This document shows, piece after piece, positions 40,413-50,344 of a DNA stretch of 64,000 bases. Origin of the DNA: Acidilobaceae archaeon (lineage in GTDB: Archaea; Thermoproteota; Thermoprotei_A; Sulfolobales; Acidilobaceae); the NCBI GenBank assembly GCA_038897215.1, contig JAWAWX010000001.1:576001-640000 (forward strand). Reading direction: 5' to 3'. How positions within the stretch are numbered: the stretch's first letter is position 1; each line of letters begins with the position of its first letter. The notes under the pieces were generated by a model that saw only the letters and a program-made list of their open reading frames with translations, was not told where the DNA came from and ran no database searches. A program made the position numbers and the translations under genes.

Positions 40413-40475
40413 TTCTCAGCCCCCTCTCTTTATTAACTCGAATAGCTTTATCTAAGCAGAGCGGGCAAGAACCTC

Positions 40476-41072
40476 TTGATCGAACTCTTAGAGAGCCTCG
40501 TGAAGCCTGAGAGAGGAGGGAGGCCTTCCTTCACTCTCTACCACATCTACGTAGCTCTTAGAGAGCTGAGGAGAGAGCCTCTAGGAAGACCTACTCTCTC
40601 CAGAGTCTTGGAGTTAAGCGATTCCTCGGTGAAGACTCTACTAGCTAGGCTCGAGAAGAGAGGGCTAGTAGCTAGGAGTAGAGGAGGAGCCTACCTAACC
40701 GAGGCGGGAGCCGAACTCCTAGACTGGCTAGAGTCTAGACTCTCGATCTGCGAGACGAGTCTGAGCATCGAGCAGTGGGGGAGAGTCGCTGTAATCACTG
40801 TAGCGTGCGTTAACCCCCCGGTTAGAGAGGTTGACGCTCTAGCATACAGAGACTTCTTCATATCAGCTGGTTGCAGTAAAGCCATGATAGGAGGGCTTGT
40901 CGAGAAGAGGATAACTATGCCCGGGCTGCCTCCAGACCTAGAGGAGAAGATTAGCTCCGAGGTCTCCAGATGCGTTCCTCGAGATAGAGAGAGGCTCGTA
41001 GCCATAGTGAGCTATGAGGAGCTCAGCAAAGCGTGTAACGCTCTCCTGAGTGTCTTCAAGCAATGCCTTTAA
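40476..41072 (+). CDS. wHTH protein with DUF4443-like C-terminal domain
   Basis: GGRPSFT..H, PLGRPTLS..LELS..SVKTLL.RL...G. Confidence 0.7.
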   Translation: MIELLESLVKPERGGRPSFTLYHIYVALRELRREPLGRPTLSRVLELSDSSVKTLLARLEKRGLVARSRGGAYLTEAGAELLDWLESRLSICETSLSIEQWGRVAVITVACVNPPVREVDALAYRDFFISAGCSKAMIGGLVEKRITMPGLPPDLEEKISSEVSRCVPRDRERLVAIVSYEELSKACNALLSVFKQCL

Positions 41073-41252
41073 CCGGGGAGTTAACGGGTTTCAATCATTA
41101 CGAGAGAAGCTCGAGACCTAAAGCTACTACTTCTAGAGTGCGCTCTACTCTAGCCTAGTAGTACTCACGCGCGTAAACCCAAATTATACAAACTCTTTTC
41201 TAAGAAGCTTAGCTAGCTCAGAGAGAGCCTTGAGTAACACTAGTTGTAGTTA

Positions 41253-42014
41253 CTACAGAGAGGGCTCTGGGCTCGAGCACTTATCTAGAAGCTCTTTCAG
41301 ATTCTTCGAGAACCCTACTCTAACCCCTAGTCTCGGGTCTGTGTATATGTAGAGGAGCCCCTTACTCTGAAGAGTTCTCAGTACTCTCATGAGCCAAGAG
41401 TAGTCTGCTTCGAGCTTCTCCTGGAGCTGGTCTACATACATGTAGGTTGTGCCCCATCTAGCGTAGTGTGAGGCTAGGTGAGCTAAGACTTCGAACTCAT
41501 CCTCGCTTATCAAGCTTCTGAGCTTGGAGAGAGCGCAGGTAACCGTGGAGACTCTCTCTTGTAGTTTACTGCCGGCTTTACCCGTTAGCTCGGCAGTAAA
41601 CGGCAAGACTTGCTCAGAGGGAGTGGAGCGAGCTGGCTGAGCCTTGTCTTTTATTGCCTGCTTTACGCTAGACGAGAGGATCCTCTGGGCTATGAGAGCG
41701 TACTCGTCGAGAGAGCTCTTCCTAGCCTCCCTCATGTAGATAGACCTAGCGTACTCCTCTCCTCTAGCTGTGAGATACCAGAGCCCCGAGCTGTACTCAA
41801 CGTAGCCTCTGACCCTCCAGTAAGACAGGTAGCTCGACACGTACCTAGAGCTCAGCCCTAGGACCTCAGCGATCTCCGCTGACCTCATGGGTCTGGAGAG
41901 GAGGAGCAAGAATATCGAGTCCACTACTCTGCTACGCGGCCCGCTTCTCTCTCTCTTCTCTAGAGCTCTCTCTAGTAGCTTCTCCTCATCTCTCGCTCTC
42001 CACTCGATGCTCAG
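41253..42014 (-). CDS. whiP: Replication initiator WhiP (winged-helix initiator)
   Basis: GPRSRVVDSIFLLLLSRPMRSAEIA..SRYVSSYLSYWRVRG plus a second wHTH; frame open upstream of GTG 41924 to CTG 42014 with GGGG RBS. Confidence 0.82.
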   Translation of the reverse strand: MSIEWRARDEEKLLERALEKRERSGPRSRVVDSIFLLLLSRPMRSAEIAEVLGLSSRYVSSYLSYWRVRGYVEYSSGLWYLTARGEEYARSIYMREARKSSLDEYALIAQRILSSSVKQAIKDKAQPARSTPSEQVLPFTAELTGKAGSKLQERVSTVTCALSKLRSLISEDEFEVLAHLASHYARWGTTYMYVDQLQEKLEADYSWLMRVLRTLQSKGLLYIYTDPRLGVRVGFSKNLKELLDKCSSPEPSL

Positions 42015-42107
42015 AGCTCCCCGCCCCTAGCTGGGGGTAGGCTATATCGGCTCTTGCTCAGAGAGCCTCGGTCTTACGCTAGTTTAACCCCCCGGTTAAC
42101 GGCTCGG

Positions 42108-43265
42108 CTAGAAGACGCTCAAGCCAAGAGGCTCGAGTCGCTTCAAGAGATGCTTCTCTAGCTCCGCACCCGTCTTGTAGTATTTTAGTAGGAGCTTGTC
42201 CCCCCTCTCTAGCACTATGCCCGGGCTCGGGGGGACTAGCCAGTCGCTCTTAGCTTTCTTGTATACTGCCACCACGACGAAGCCTTGGTCCTCTAAGTCT
42301 AGCTTGCTCAGCTCTACGGGGTCTTCGCGAGTGTAGGATACCTTGAGGTAGGCTTCTTCACCCATCTCTACGGCTTTGCCCAAGACCTCAGAGACTTCTC
42401 TCTTTAGCACCACGCTAGCGAGCTTGTAGGCGGCGTCTCCGATCTCCTCTAGGCTCTTTATGAAGACAGCTAGGCTGACCACGTCTCTAGAGGGGGCTGA
42501 GTAGGAGTGCTCCATGACGCCCTCGAGGCTCTCGTAGTACAGCTTGTCTACGTAGTCTTCTAGCTCCACAACGCTCGAAGCTATCTCCACATCGTCCTCT
42601 ATAAGAGCGTAGAAGGACATATCGAGCATAGCGTCTAGAGAGAGCTTCAAGCTCTTCACGCTATCAGCCAGCCTATCTCCAGCTCTAGAGAGAGCCGCTA
42701 CTTCCTGAGAGCACTTCTCGACGTTGATAGGCTCCCCTAGCTCTCTCGAGAGCTGCTCTATCTCATCCACGGGCCCTCTGACCACGAGGAGGTCTCCCTC
42801 CATAACGCTAGAGACCTCGGGAGCCAGCAGGTACCTCTCTCCTCTCTTGATCAAGAGCACGTCGACGAGAGCCGAGAGAGGCCAGGAGGAGTCCCGCTTG
42901 CTCCTCAGCGGGAAAACCGCTTCGCCCATGCAGGAGGCAGCAGTGATGTAGGGGTGCGGAGGGTAGCCTCTGAGAACAGCTGTAGCCAGGTCTCCGGACG
43001 CGTTGCTTATACTGTCTAGAGCCGAGGCCACGCCGACTATCCCGTGGATCATCCTCGGAGAGCCGCCTACTCTCAGAGCCTGGAAGGTTCTCTCTATCAG
43101 CCGCCTGGACAGACTGTCGACCACGTCTTCTATCATGAGTACTTCGAGCGCTGCAACGCTATCGTTGAACGCTAGAGAGTACACTGCTAGGTCGAAAGCT
43201 GTGCTCGAGTACCGCCTCAGCTGAGCTAGGAGGCCTCTAACGGTCTCCTCGTGTAGTTCGCTCAA
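42108..43265 (-). CDS. PhoU / TrkA-C (RCK-C) repeat protein, ion-transport regulator
   Basis: Two PhoU-like helical bundles (ELEDYVD, LEEIGDAA) alternating with RCK-C domains (GDLLVVRG, GDKLLL). Confidence 0.8.
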   Translation of the reverse strand: MSELHEETVRGLLAQLRRYSSTAFDLAVYSLAFNDSVAALEVLMIEDVVDSLSRRLIERTFQALRVGGSPRMIHGIVGVASALDSISNASGDLATAVLRGYPPHPYITAASCMGEAVFPLRSKRDSSWPLSALVDVLLIKRGERYLLAPEVSSVMEGDLLVVRGPVDEIEQLSRELGEPINVEKCSQEVAALSRAGDRLADSVKSLKLSLDAMLDMSFYALIEDDVEIASSVVELEDYVDKLYYESLEGVMEHSYSAPSRDVVSLAVFIKSLEEIGDAAYKLASVVLKREVSEVLGKAVEMGEEAYLKVSYTREDPVELSKLDLEDQGFVVVAVYKKAKSDWLVPPSPGIVLERGDKLLLKYYKTGAELEKHLLKRLEPLGLSVF

Positions 43266-43746
43266 TAGAGGGCTCTCCCCGATCTCCTCGGCTAAGTAGA
43301 CAGTATAAAACTAGCGCTGCTTCAGCGACTGGGCCCAGCCTGCTCCCCGCCTTCTTGACGTACACGGGGGTCCCGTAGGCTAGCTCGCTAGCAGAGAAAT
43401 CGGGGTCTCCTCCGTTGAAGACCACGAGGACTCTACCGCTGTAAACCGGGGGGTTAAAGGGGTCTATGAACTCTCTAGCGTGCCCGTGGCTGACGAGGAG
43501 GACGGAGTCTGGCTTAAGTAGCTCCAGCGCGTCGGGCAGGTCTTGGAGCACCAGGAAGCTACCTCCAGCTCTCAGAGCTAGCCTCATAGCCTCAGGGATC
43601 CCCGATTGAGCAGCAGCCCCGTAGACCTTCGTAGCCACGAATACCCTCAAGCCGAGCCCGTAGACGAGCCTCGCTGCATCGACCAGTCTCTGAACGCTAC
43701 TCACGTTGTGCAAGAGAGCGACCAGCTCCGCCAACTCCCTCACCAC
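43237..43746 (-). CDS. DUF2122 family SPOUT-like protein (often labelled RecB-family nuclease)
   Basis: LHNVSSVQRL, GAAAQSGIPE, DLPDALELL, RLGPVAE. Confidence 0.72.
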   Translation of the reverse strand: MVRELAELVALLHNVSSVQRLVDAARLVYGLGLRVFVATKVYGAAAQSGIPEAMRLALRAGGSFLVLQDLPDALELLKPDSVLLVSHGHAREFIDPFNPPVYSGRVLVVFNGGDPDFSASELAYGTPVYVKKAGSRLGPVAEAALVLYCLLSRGDRGEPSIERTTRGDR

Positions 43747-43810
43747 CAGTCGAGAGCGCGGAGGAGAGCCTCTATAAACGCGTAGAGCTAAATGCTCTCC
43801 GAGGACCTCT

Positions 43811-44557
43811 CTAGAGGCTCTTAGCTCGAGCGCTCGGAGAGCAGACGGGGCAGTTGGGGCTTCTCGCTACCGGTATCTCCGAGAACTCAGCGTTGTAGCC
43901 ATCGTACACTATCAGCTTCCCTAGTGCTGGCTTACCGTAGCCCGTCAAGATCTTTATCGCTTCAGCAACCTGCAGCATAGCCATGACTCCTGCTGTTGTC
44001 CCCAAGATCGGCGTCCTCTCCTCCTCTCTCGGAGGCTTGGGCACTATGCAGCTGAGACAGGGGGTCTTCTCGGGGACTACTACGAGGAGCTGGCCCCAGA
44101 GTCCTCTGACTCCAGCGTGGATGAGGGGCTTCCTGTGCTCTACTGAGGCTTTGTTGAGAGCTAGCCTGGTCTCCCAGTTGTCTAGACAATCTAGCGCGAG
44201 ATCAGCCTCTCCTACTAGCTCGTATAGTAGCCTCTCGTCGGCTCTAGCAGTCACAGTCTTCACGGAGACGTGGGGGTTGAGCTCTCTCAGCTTCTCAGCG
44301 GCAACCTCAGTCTTGAGTCTACCCAGGTCTCTAGTCGAGTAGAGCACCTGTCTGTTGAGATTACTCAACTCTACTCTCTCCGAGTCTACGAGAACAAGCT
44401 CCCCGACGCCAGCAGCAGCCAAGTACATAGCGGCAGGAGAGCCGAGTCCTCCCAAGCCGACTACGAGAACCCGCGACTTCTTGAGCTTCTCCTGAGCCTC
44501 TACTCCGAATAGCCTCAGCTGTCTATCGTACCGCTCTAGCTCGATACTCGTGAGCAA
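43811..44557 (-). CDS. ThiF/MoeB/UbaA E1-like adenylyltransferase
   Basis: RYDRQ, GLGGLG, SNLNRQ, CLDN, PCLSC, CPVC. Confidence 0.95.
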   Translation of the reverse strand: MLTSIELERYDRQLRLFGVEAQEKLKKSRVLVVGLGGLGSPAAMYLAAAGVGELVLVDSERVELSNLNRQVLYSTRDLGRLKTEVAAEKLRELNPHVSVKTVTARADERLLYELVGEADLALDCLDNWETRLALNKASVEHRKPLIHAGVRGLWGQLLVVVPEKTPCLSCIVPKPPREEERTPILGTTAGVMAMLQVAEAIKILTGYGKPALGKLIVYDGYNAEFSEIPVARSPNCPVCSPSARAKSL

Positions 44558-44591
44558 AAGCGAGCCCTCCTCCTCTTCCAGTAGATGAGGC

Positions 44592-45572
44592 TTATAACGC
44601 CTGGTCTTGAGCGAGAGCTACGGCTACGTAGTCGGCTATAGCTCTAGCGAGAGGAGGCGGGACAGCCTCTCCCACCATGTCGTACTGGAGGTCTCTGCTA
44701 CCCAGGAAGACGTGATAGTCTGGGAACCCCATGAGTCTCGCCTGCTCTCTCACAGTCAGAAGCCTGTCCTCGTAGGGGTGGATGAATCTAGAGGATCCCA
44801 TGACCGTGGGGGCTCTCCTCCTGGGGTCGAGTCTCACGTAGTTGGGGTGTCTGCGCCTAGCTCCCTCAAAGTATAGGAGCGCCTCACCCCACCTCAGCTT
44901 AGAGACTCTAGCTCTCATCCTCCTCGAGAGCTCCTGAGGATACTCGTGGTTAGGAGGGTAGCTGGAGCCTGGTGGAGGCAAGTCTCTTAGAGCCTCCTCT
45001 ACGCTAGGCCCCGGCTTCTTAGGAGGCTTTATCTTGAGGTTCGAGACGAACACTCTAGTCCTCACGCTGGGAGAGCCGTAGTCCTCGGCTCTCAGCACGT
45101 TGAAGTAGACTCTGGGGTAACCTACTCTCTCCAGCTCTCTCCTAATACTCTCCGCTATCGGGGGCTCCATCACTCCTCTAACGTTCTCTATCACGAAGAC
45201 TCTAGGCTTTAGGTCTCCTATCAGTCTAATAGCGTGGAGGAAGAGCTGCCCTATCGGATCACTGTAGAGTCTGTCGAGCGGATCCCTCATCCTCCTAGGG
45301 TTAGCTTCTGTAAACGGCTCGCAGGGAGGGCTCGCTATCACCACATCTACTTCTCCTCGAGAAACCCCCAGGAGGCTCTTGAGTAGAGAGTAGTCTACAT
45401 CCTTGACGTCTTCAGCGAGCACTAGAGCCTCGGGGAAGTTGGCTTTATATGTTCTAGCTACGGGAGGGTTATTCTCTATCGCTGCTAGAACCCGGAACCC
45501 TGCCTCGACGAAGCCTCTACTATAGCCTCCTCCTCCCGCGAAGACGTCAATGAGAGTATAGGTTTCTCTCAT
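44592..45572 (-). CDS. Orphan C5-cytosine methyltransferase
   Basis: [39 protein letters not shown]; no restriction gene adjacent. Confidence 0.93.
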   Translation of the reverse strand: MRETYTLIDVFAGGGGYSRGFVEAGFRVLAAIENNPPVARTYKANFPEALVLAEDVKDVDYSLLKSLLGVSRGEVDVVIASPPCEPFTEANPRRMRDPLDRLYSDPIGQLFLHAIRLIGDLKPRVFVIENVRGVMEPPIAESIRRELERVGYPRVYFNVLRAEDYGSPSVRTRVFVSNLKIKPPKKPGPSVEEALRDLPPPGSSYPPNHEYPQELSRRMRARVSKLRWGEALLYFEGARRRHPNYVRLDPRRRAPTVMGSSRFIHPYEDRLLTVREQARLMGFPDYHVFLGSRDLQYDMVGEAVPPPLARAIADYVAVALAQDQAL

Positions 45573-46110
45573 CCTCCGCTATCTCCTCTTCCAAAATTTT
45601 GATATACTTAGCTAGCTTCTCAGCATGACTGCTCCTAGACGCTTCTAGAGGAGCACCGCACTGAGGGCACGCGAAGTCGTTATCGAAAGCCTCCTGTAAC
45701 GTGTAGCGAGACCCGTCTAGAGGGCACGTGAACCACTCTGTCTCAGTCTCGCTAGCTAGCTTCTCTTTGAGCTTCTCGAGGGTCAGCTTCTTCCTCTTGA
45801 GTAGATTAAAGTTTAGAGCATCGCTGTCTACGTACCAGACGTATCTCAACATATCCTGCTTGAAGTCTCTCTCCTTTCTCAACTCTATCAGTCTAGCTTC
45901 GTAGAGCATTCTGAGGACTTTGCGGACCTCTATCTGCCTCAAGCCTGTAAGCTCTTCTATCTCGCTATCGCTTAGCCCGCCTTTCTCGCTATGGACTAGT
46001 ATCAGTCTGAAGATGTTGAGAGCTAGAGATGGGTCTATCTCGCTGTTCTCAAACACTCTGATCACCAGCTCTTCCACGAGTTTTGACGCATCAGCAGGCT
46101 CTCTACTCAT
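45547..46110 (-). CDS. tfe: Transcription factor TFE (TFIIE alpha)
   Basis: wHTH, VRKVL..LY, YVW, CP..RYT..EAF..F.CP.CG. Confidence 0.92.
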   Translation of the reverse strand: MSREPADASKLVEELVIRVFENSEIDPSLALNIFRLILVHSEKGGLSDSEIEELTGLRQIEVRKVLRMLYEARLIELRKERDFKQDMLRYVWYVDSDALNFNLLKRKKLTLEKLKEKLASETETEWFTCPLDGSRYTLQEAFDNDFACPQCGAPLEASRSSHAEKLAKYIKILEEEIAEDERNLYSH

Positions 46111-46655
46111 ACTCGTAGCACCCTCTTGCCTCTCTCTGAGGGGATTATCTTGAGTCTAGCTCCTTCAAAGTATATCCTAGACCAGGAGCCCCTATAAAGC
46201 CTATCGAGAAATAGAGCTAGAGCAGAGACCTCGCTGTGAGGCTGGCTCCCCACTGCTACGTTGTAGTCTGAGTTCTCGTAGAAGAACCTCTCCACCTTCT
46301 CAGCGCCGACTACTACCAGCTTGGGTTTAGGAGACGACCTTATCTCCTCGATCACATCGTCTAAAGCGAGACCATACATGGTCAGATGGATGACCTCCCC
46401 GCCACTAGACCTCCACGAGGAGACATAGCTCTTGCTGCTTACACCACACTCTAGGTGCATCGAGCCCCCCCAAGTCTTCAAGACTTTCTTCAAGCTAGCG
46501 ATCACGCCTTCGTCACAGACGTCTCCTAAAATGAATCCATTAGCTCCAAAAGCTCTAGCTACTAGCCCTACGTGAGTAGTTACTCGCTCGTCTCTCCCGG
46601 GTCTGTGCCCGATTCTTAGAACGTAGACTCTACCATAGAGACTAGCCGGGTGCAA
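46107..46655 (-). CDS. trm56: tRNA Cm56 2'-O-methyltransferase
   Basis: [33 protein letters not shown]. Confidence 0.95.
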   Translation of the reverse strand: MHPASLYGRVYVLRIGHRPGRDERVTTHVGLVARAFGANGFILGDVCDEGVIASLKKVLKTWGGSMHLECGVSSKSYVSSWRSSGGEVIHLTMYGLALDDVIEEIRSSPKPKLVVVGAEKVERFFYENSDYNVAVGSQPHSEVSALALFLDRLYRGSWSRIYFEGARLKIIPSERGKRVLRV

Positions 46656-47790
46656 TCTTCTCGAGCCCTCTAGCGGCCTCTCTTCTAGCGCGTGCAGCGA
46701 TTAGGTTCTCGACTGCTACTAGGAGCTCCTCTAAGCCTAACCCCTTCAAGGCCGATATCTTCACGATTCTGTAGTCTACTCTCCTCTTAGAGCACGCTTC
46801 CTCGATTACTCTAACTCTCTCCTCGAGCTCCTCTAGGGAGACCTTGTCTATCTTGTTGGCTGCCACTATTATCGGGATGCCTATAGCCTCGATCCTGGAT
46901 AGCACGTCTAGCCCTGCTTCTACCTTCTCTCTAAGCAATCTAGAGTCTTCTGAGACGTCTACAACGAAGATGATCACGCTAGCTAGCCTCACCTCCTCGA
47001 GAACAGCGTGGAATGCCTCGATGATCTCGGGGGGCACGTCTCTTATGAAGCCAACGGTGTCTACGAACACTACCTTCTTGCCGTTTATGACTCTAGAGGA
47101 GTGCTTAGTGTGGAGAGTAGTGAAGTACTCCTCGCCAGTAGGCTCTCTCTCCCCCGTCACGGCGTTGAAGAGCGTAGTCTTCCCGGCTGAAGCATAGCCC
47201 ACTATAGCCACGTGGGGTAGCCCGAGGCTTATCCTGGAGAGAGCTCTACTCCTCCTCATCTCCCTCAGTCTCTCCAGCTCTTCTCTTAGCTTAGCCAGCC
47301 TGCTAGTCAGATGCCTGTAGTAGCTGTCTGTAGCGTAGCCTCCAGAGCCCAGGAATCCGGGGAGTTCTCCCAGCTTCTTCCTCCTAATCAGCTCTCTCAC
47401 TAGAGGCAGCTCGTGCCTCAGCCTAGCTATCTCTATCTGGAGTAGCGCTTCTCTGCTACCAGCGTGCTTCATGAAGATCTCCAGTATGAGCATCACTCTA
47501 TCCAGAACCCTGACTCCCATCTCTTTAGCGATCTTGAAGAAAGAGGAGGGCTTGAGATTCCCGTAGAATATCAGCGCTTGAGGCTTCTCCTCTCGCGCTG
47601 ACTCCACGATTTCCTCGAGAAGCCCCCTCCCGACACCCCAAGAGTATCTCGTCTTCCATACTCTAATCACTCTATACCCGGCTATTTCAGCTAAGACGAG
47701 CGCTTCTCCTAGCTGGCTCGCTTTGACTTTCGGTATCACGAGATACGCTTTCAGCCAGCTATCTTCTCTCCTCCTCTTCTCTCCTAACAA
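46642..47790 (-). CDS. hflX: GTPase HflX
   Basis: [29 protein letters not shown]. Confidence 0.93.
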   Translation of the reverse strand: MLGEKRRREDSWLKAYLVIPKVKASQLGEALVLAEIAGYRVIRVWKTRYSWGVGRGLLEEIVESAREEKPQALIFYGNLKPSSFFKIAKEMGVRVLDRVMLILEIFMKHAGSREALLQIEIARLRHELPLVRELIRRKKLGELPGFLGSGGYATDSYYRHLTSRLAKLREELERLREMRRSRALSRISLGLPHVAIVGYASAGKTTLFNAVTGEREPTGEEYFTTLHTKHSSRVINGKKVVFVDTVGFIRDVPPEIIEAFHAVLEEVRLASVIIFVVDVSEDSRLLREKVEAGLDVLSRIEAIGIPIIVAANKIDKVSLEELEERVRVIEEACSKRRVDYRIVKISALKGLGLEELLVAVENLIAARARREAARGLEKIAPG

Positions 47791-48268
47791 CCACCACCTC
47801 TCCTAGAGTAGCTCCTCGAGAGTACGGCTTCTCCTCGAGTAGAGGCTCTTCTTCCGTAGCCACTAGGATCTTGACTCCTAGAACTCTCTCTATCCTCTTA
47901 GCTAAATCGATTGGCGGCTTGTACTTCTCGCTCTCTATCCTCCTCACTACCTCAGCGCTAACTCTAAGCCTCTGAGCTAGCGCTTCTACCGTGAGACCCC
48001 TCTTCTCTCTAGCTCTCCTCACTAGGTCTCCATAGCCTTCTACCAGGTCGAGGCTCTCCACGCTTCTAGCTCTAGAGGTCTGTCTAGTGAGCTGGCGTGG
48101 AGGAGTCTCTCTCTTCTCCTCTCTGACTACCACAGCCCTCCTGCCGAGTCTCTCAAGGCAAGCCGGGCATATCCTCAGCTCGGCTTCGTCTACGCGAGCT
48201 CTAACAGTCTTCTCCACGCTCTTCCCGCAGATCTCGCACACTTCTCGAGTCATGTAGACTCCGCGCAC
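47759..48268 (-). CDS. mbf1: Archaeal MBF1 (Zn ribbon + HTH)
   Basis: CEICG..CPAC, HTH, ATLG. Confidence 0.92.
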   Translation of the reverse strand: MRGVYMTREVCEICGKSVEKTVRARVDEAELRICPACLERLGRRAVVVREEKRETPPRQLTRQTSRARSVESLDLVEGYGDLVRRAREKRGLTVEALAQRLRVSAEVVRRIESEKYKPPIDLAKRIERVLGVKILVATEEEPLLEEKPYSRGATLGEVVVVRREEEERR

Positions 48269-48351
48269 CGTGCTAACAGAGTTCTACTTGGGGGTATTAA
48301 TTGGTTCTCCCAATAAAAACCCCTTCTCGAGCATCTATCTGAAGGGGTTGA

Positions 48352-49497
48352 GTGCAACCGGGTCATGTTCAGGCGAGCGAGACCGATATCCTTAGAGAGA
48401 AGGTTAGATTCTTGACTCAAGCTAAGCTAGCTCTAGAGCGCGACCTAGAGTACTATAAGAACGAGGTGTCTAAACTCCTCTCTCCTCCACTCATCGAGGC
48501 TACTGTGATCGACGTGATCGACTCTGATAGAGTAATAGTTCGGAGTAGCTCTGGCCCCAACCTCTTAGTGAATGTTGCTAGCAACGTGGATAGAGGGAAG
48601 CTGAAGCCCGGGGTAGCTGTAGTCTTGAATAGCAGAGGCTCGACTATAGTGGACGTGCTCCCCGATAGAGTAGACCCTCTAGTCTCGGTCTTCGTGGTCG
48701 AAGAGGCTCCAAGCGTGACATTTGAAGACGTGGGGGGACTGGACTCTCAGCTTAGGGAGATCTACGAGGCAGTCATACTCCCCCTCAAGAACCCTCAGGT
48801 CTTCGTGGATATGGGGATAGAGCCTCCTAAAGGCGTCCTTTTCCACGGCCCCCCCGGGACTGGGAAGACTCTAGTGGCTAGAGCTATAGCTCGAGAAGCT
48901 GGAGCTACATTCATCAGCTTGAGTGCTAGTAGTCTTCTCAGCAAGTTCGTGGGCGAGGGAGCTCGGCTCGTTAGAGAGCTCTTCAAGCTAGCTAGAGCCA
49001 AGGCTCCATCGATAGTGTTCATAGACGAGATAGACGCAATCGGGGGCCGTAGAGTAGAGGTGGGGACTAGCGGGGAGAGAGAGGTTCACAGAACTCTCGC
49101 TCAGCTCCTAGTAGAGCTAGACGGCTTCTCGCCTCTATCCAACGTGAGGATACTAGCGGCTACGAACAGGCTAGACGCTCTAGACCCTGCTCTCCTCAGA
49201 CCGGGGAGATTCGATAAGCTCATAGAGTTCCCCCTGCCCGACAAGAAGGGGAGACTCTCTATCCTCAGGATACACACGAGAAGAGTCCCTCTAGCGCCAG
49301 ACGTGGACCTTGAGGAGATAGCAGCGACCACAGAGGGCTTCAGCGGAGCGGAGCTCAAGCTACTAGTCGTGGAGGCAGCATACAACGCTATCAGGAGACA
49401 CTCTAAGATAGTTACAGCAGAAGACTTTAAAGTAGCTATAGAGAAAGTGAAGACAACGAGAAGCAAGAAGTATCAGGAGAGCTCTCTAACCTACTAG
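48352..49497 (+). CDS. pan: Proteasome-activating nucleotidase
   Basis: Coiled coil + OB, GPPGTGKT, IDEID, RPGRFD. Confidence 0.93.
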   Translation: MQPGHVQASETDILREKVRFLTQAKLALERDLEYYKNEVSKLLSPPLIEATVIDVIDSDRVIVRSSSGPNLLVNVASNVDRGKLKPGVAVVLNSRGSTIVDVLPDRVDPLVSVFVVEEAPSVTFEDVGGLDSQLREIYEAVILPLKNPQVFVDMGIEPPKGVLFHGPPGTGKTLVARAIAREAGATFISLSASSLLSKFVGEGARLVRELFKLARAKAPSIVFIDEIDAIGGRRVEVGTSGEREVHRTLAQLLVELDGFSPLSNVRILAATNRLDALDPALLRPGRFDKLIEFPLPDKKGRLSILRIHTRRVPLAPDVDLEEIAATTEGFSGAELKLLVVEAAYNAIRRHSKIVTAEDFKVAIEKVKTTRSKKYQESSLTY

Positions 49498-49579
49498 CGT
49501 CCAGCGTCTAGAGACCTTGGGATAGCGTGTAGAAGAGGGGAAAACCTCCCGCTCTCATAGTATCTCGGGGGTCTCCGTA

Positions 49580-49819
49580 TTGTCTAGTAGAGGCGGCAAG
49601 ATCTCATTCATCAAGATCTATGCTCTCAACCACAAGCCCTCTTCCGGCTGCAACTTCTTCAGCGTGGAGGAGAAGCAGGGAGTCTACGTGGCTCGCTGTT
49701 CTCTCTTAGAGCACTACATACCGAGCCCCAGTGTTCACAAGTGTGAGAGCTTGTGGGAGCACTGCCCCTATAGGAGACTCTACTTCCAGGTGATGGGGGA
49801 GCGCCAGCCTCTAGCATGA
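49580..49819 (+). CDS. Small 4-Cys hypothetical protein
   Basis: CNFF..C..C..CPY; GGGGG RBS. Confidence 0.7.
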   Translation: MSSRGGKISFIKIYALNHKPSSGCNFFSVEEKQGVYVARCSLLEHYIPSPSVHKCESLWEHCPYRRLYFQVMGERQPLA

Positions 49820-49932
49820 TAGTCCGCTTAGGCTTAGCTTCTAGGAGTGGTTGAGAGCTCCCTCTAGGCCTCTCTTGGAGACAAGGTGGTTATCGAGAAT
49901 CGCGGGTCTCGCGTGTCGCGCTAATCGACTGA

Positions 49933-50244
49933 CTATATCAGAAACGCTTGGCTCACCACGTCCTGGAAGTCTCTAGGTAAGCTCTTACCTCTCTCTTTAT
50001 AGTACTTGTAGGCTTTCTCTAAGAACTTTACGAGAGTGGGGCAGTTCTCGAACCTCCCTTCTCTAGGGCACTTCTCCTGTCTGCCTTCTATGTTGATCGA
50101 GATGAGGCACATCACTGTCTTCTTGTCGAAGTAGGGGCAGAGCTTGTGGTACTTCTTAGCAGACTTCATCATAACCGAGACCCACCTCTTCTCCTCGCTA
50201 TCCTCCTGGCTCTCTCTGCCTGTAAGCTCGTGGAGCTTAGTCAA
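49933..50244 (-). CDS. Small 4-Cys hypothetical protein
   Basis: CPYF..C..C..CP; GGAGGTG RBS. Confidence 0.75.
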   Translation of the reverse strand: MTKLHELTGRESQEDSEEKRWVSVMMKSAKKYHKLCPYFDKKTVMCLISINIEGRQEKCPREGRFENCPTLVKFLEKAYKYYKERGKSLPRDFQDVVSQAFLI

Positions 50245-50344
50245 GCTCTCACCTCCGAGTCTCGAGCGCTTTGTGGCGGGGATTCTTAGGTGTTACTGTG
50301 GTGCTTGGGAGATACGCTCTCAGACACGCTAGCGTCTATGGTGG

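Larger units (their letters stand above)
40809..43458. repeat. Dispersed 18-bp motif cluster around whiP; candidate initiator-binding sites (oriC)
   Basis: Near-identical TWAACCGGGGRGTTAA at about 40809(-), 41068(+), 42083(-), 43441(+); variants at 41564(-), 41584(+), 41649(-). Confidence 0.7.

Noticed and set aside
44592-45572. Restriction-modification or defence island (MTase + 'RecB nuclease' + ThiF)
   Set aside because: The DUF2122 protein shows no PD-(D/E)xK motif and looks SPOUT-like; the context is housekeeping
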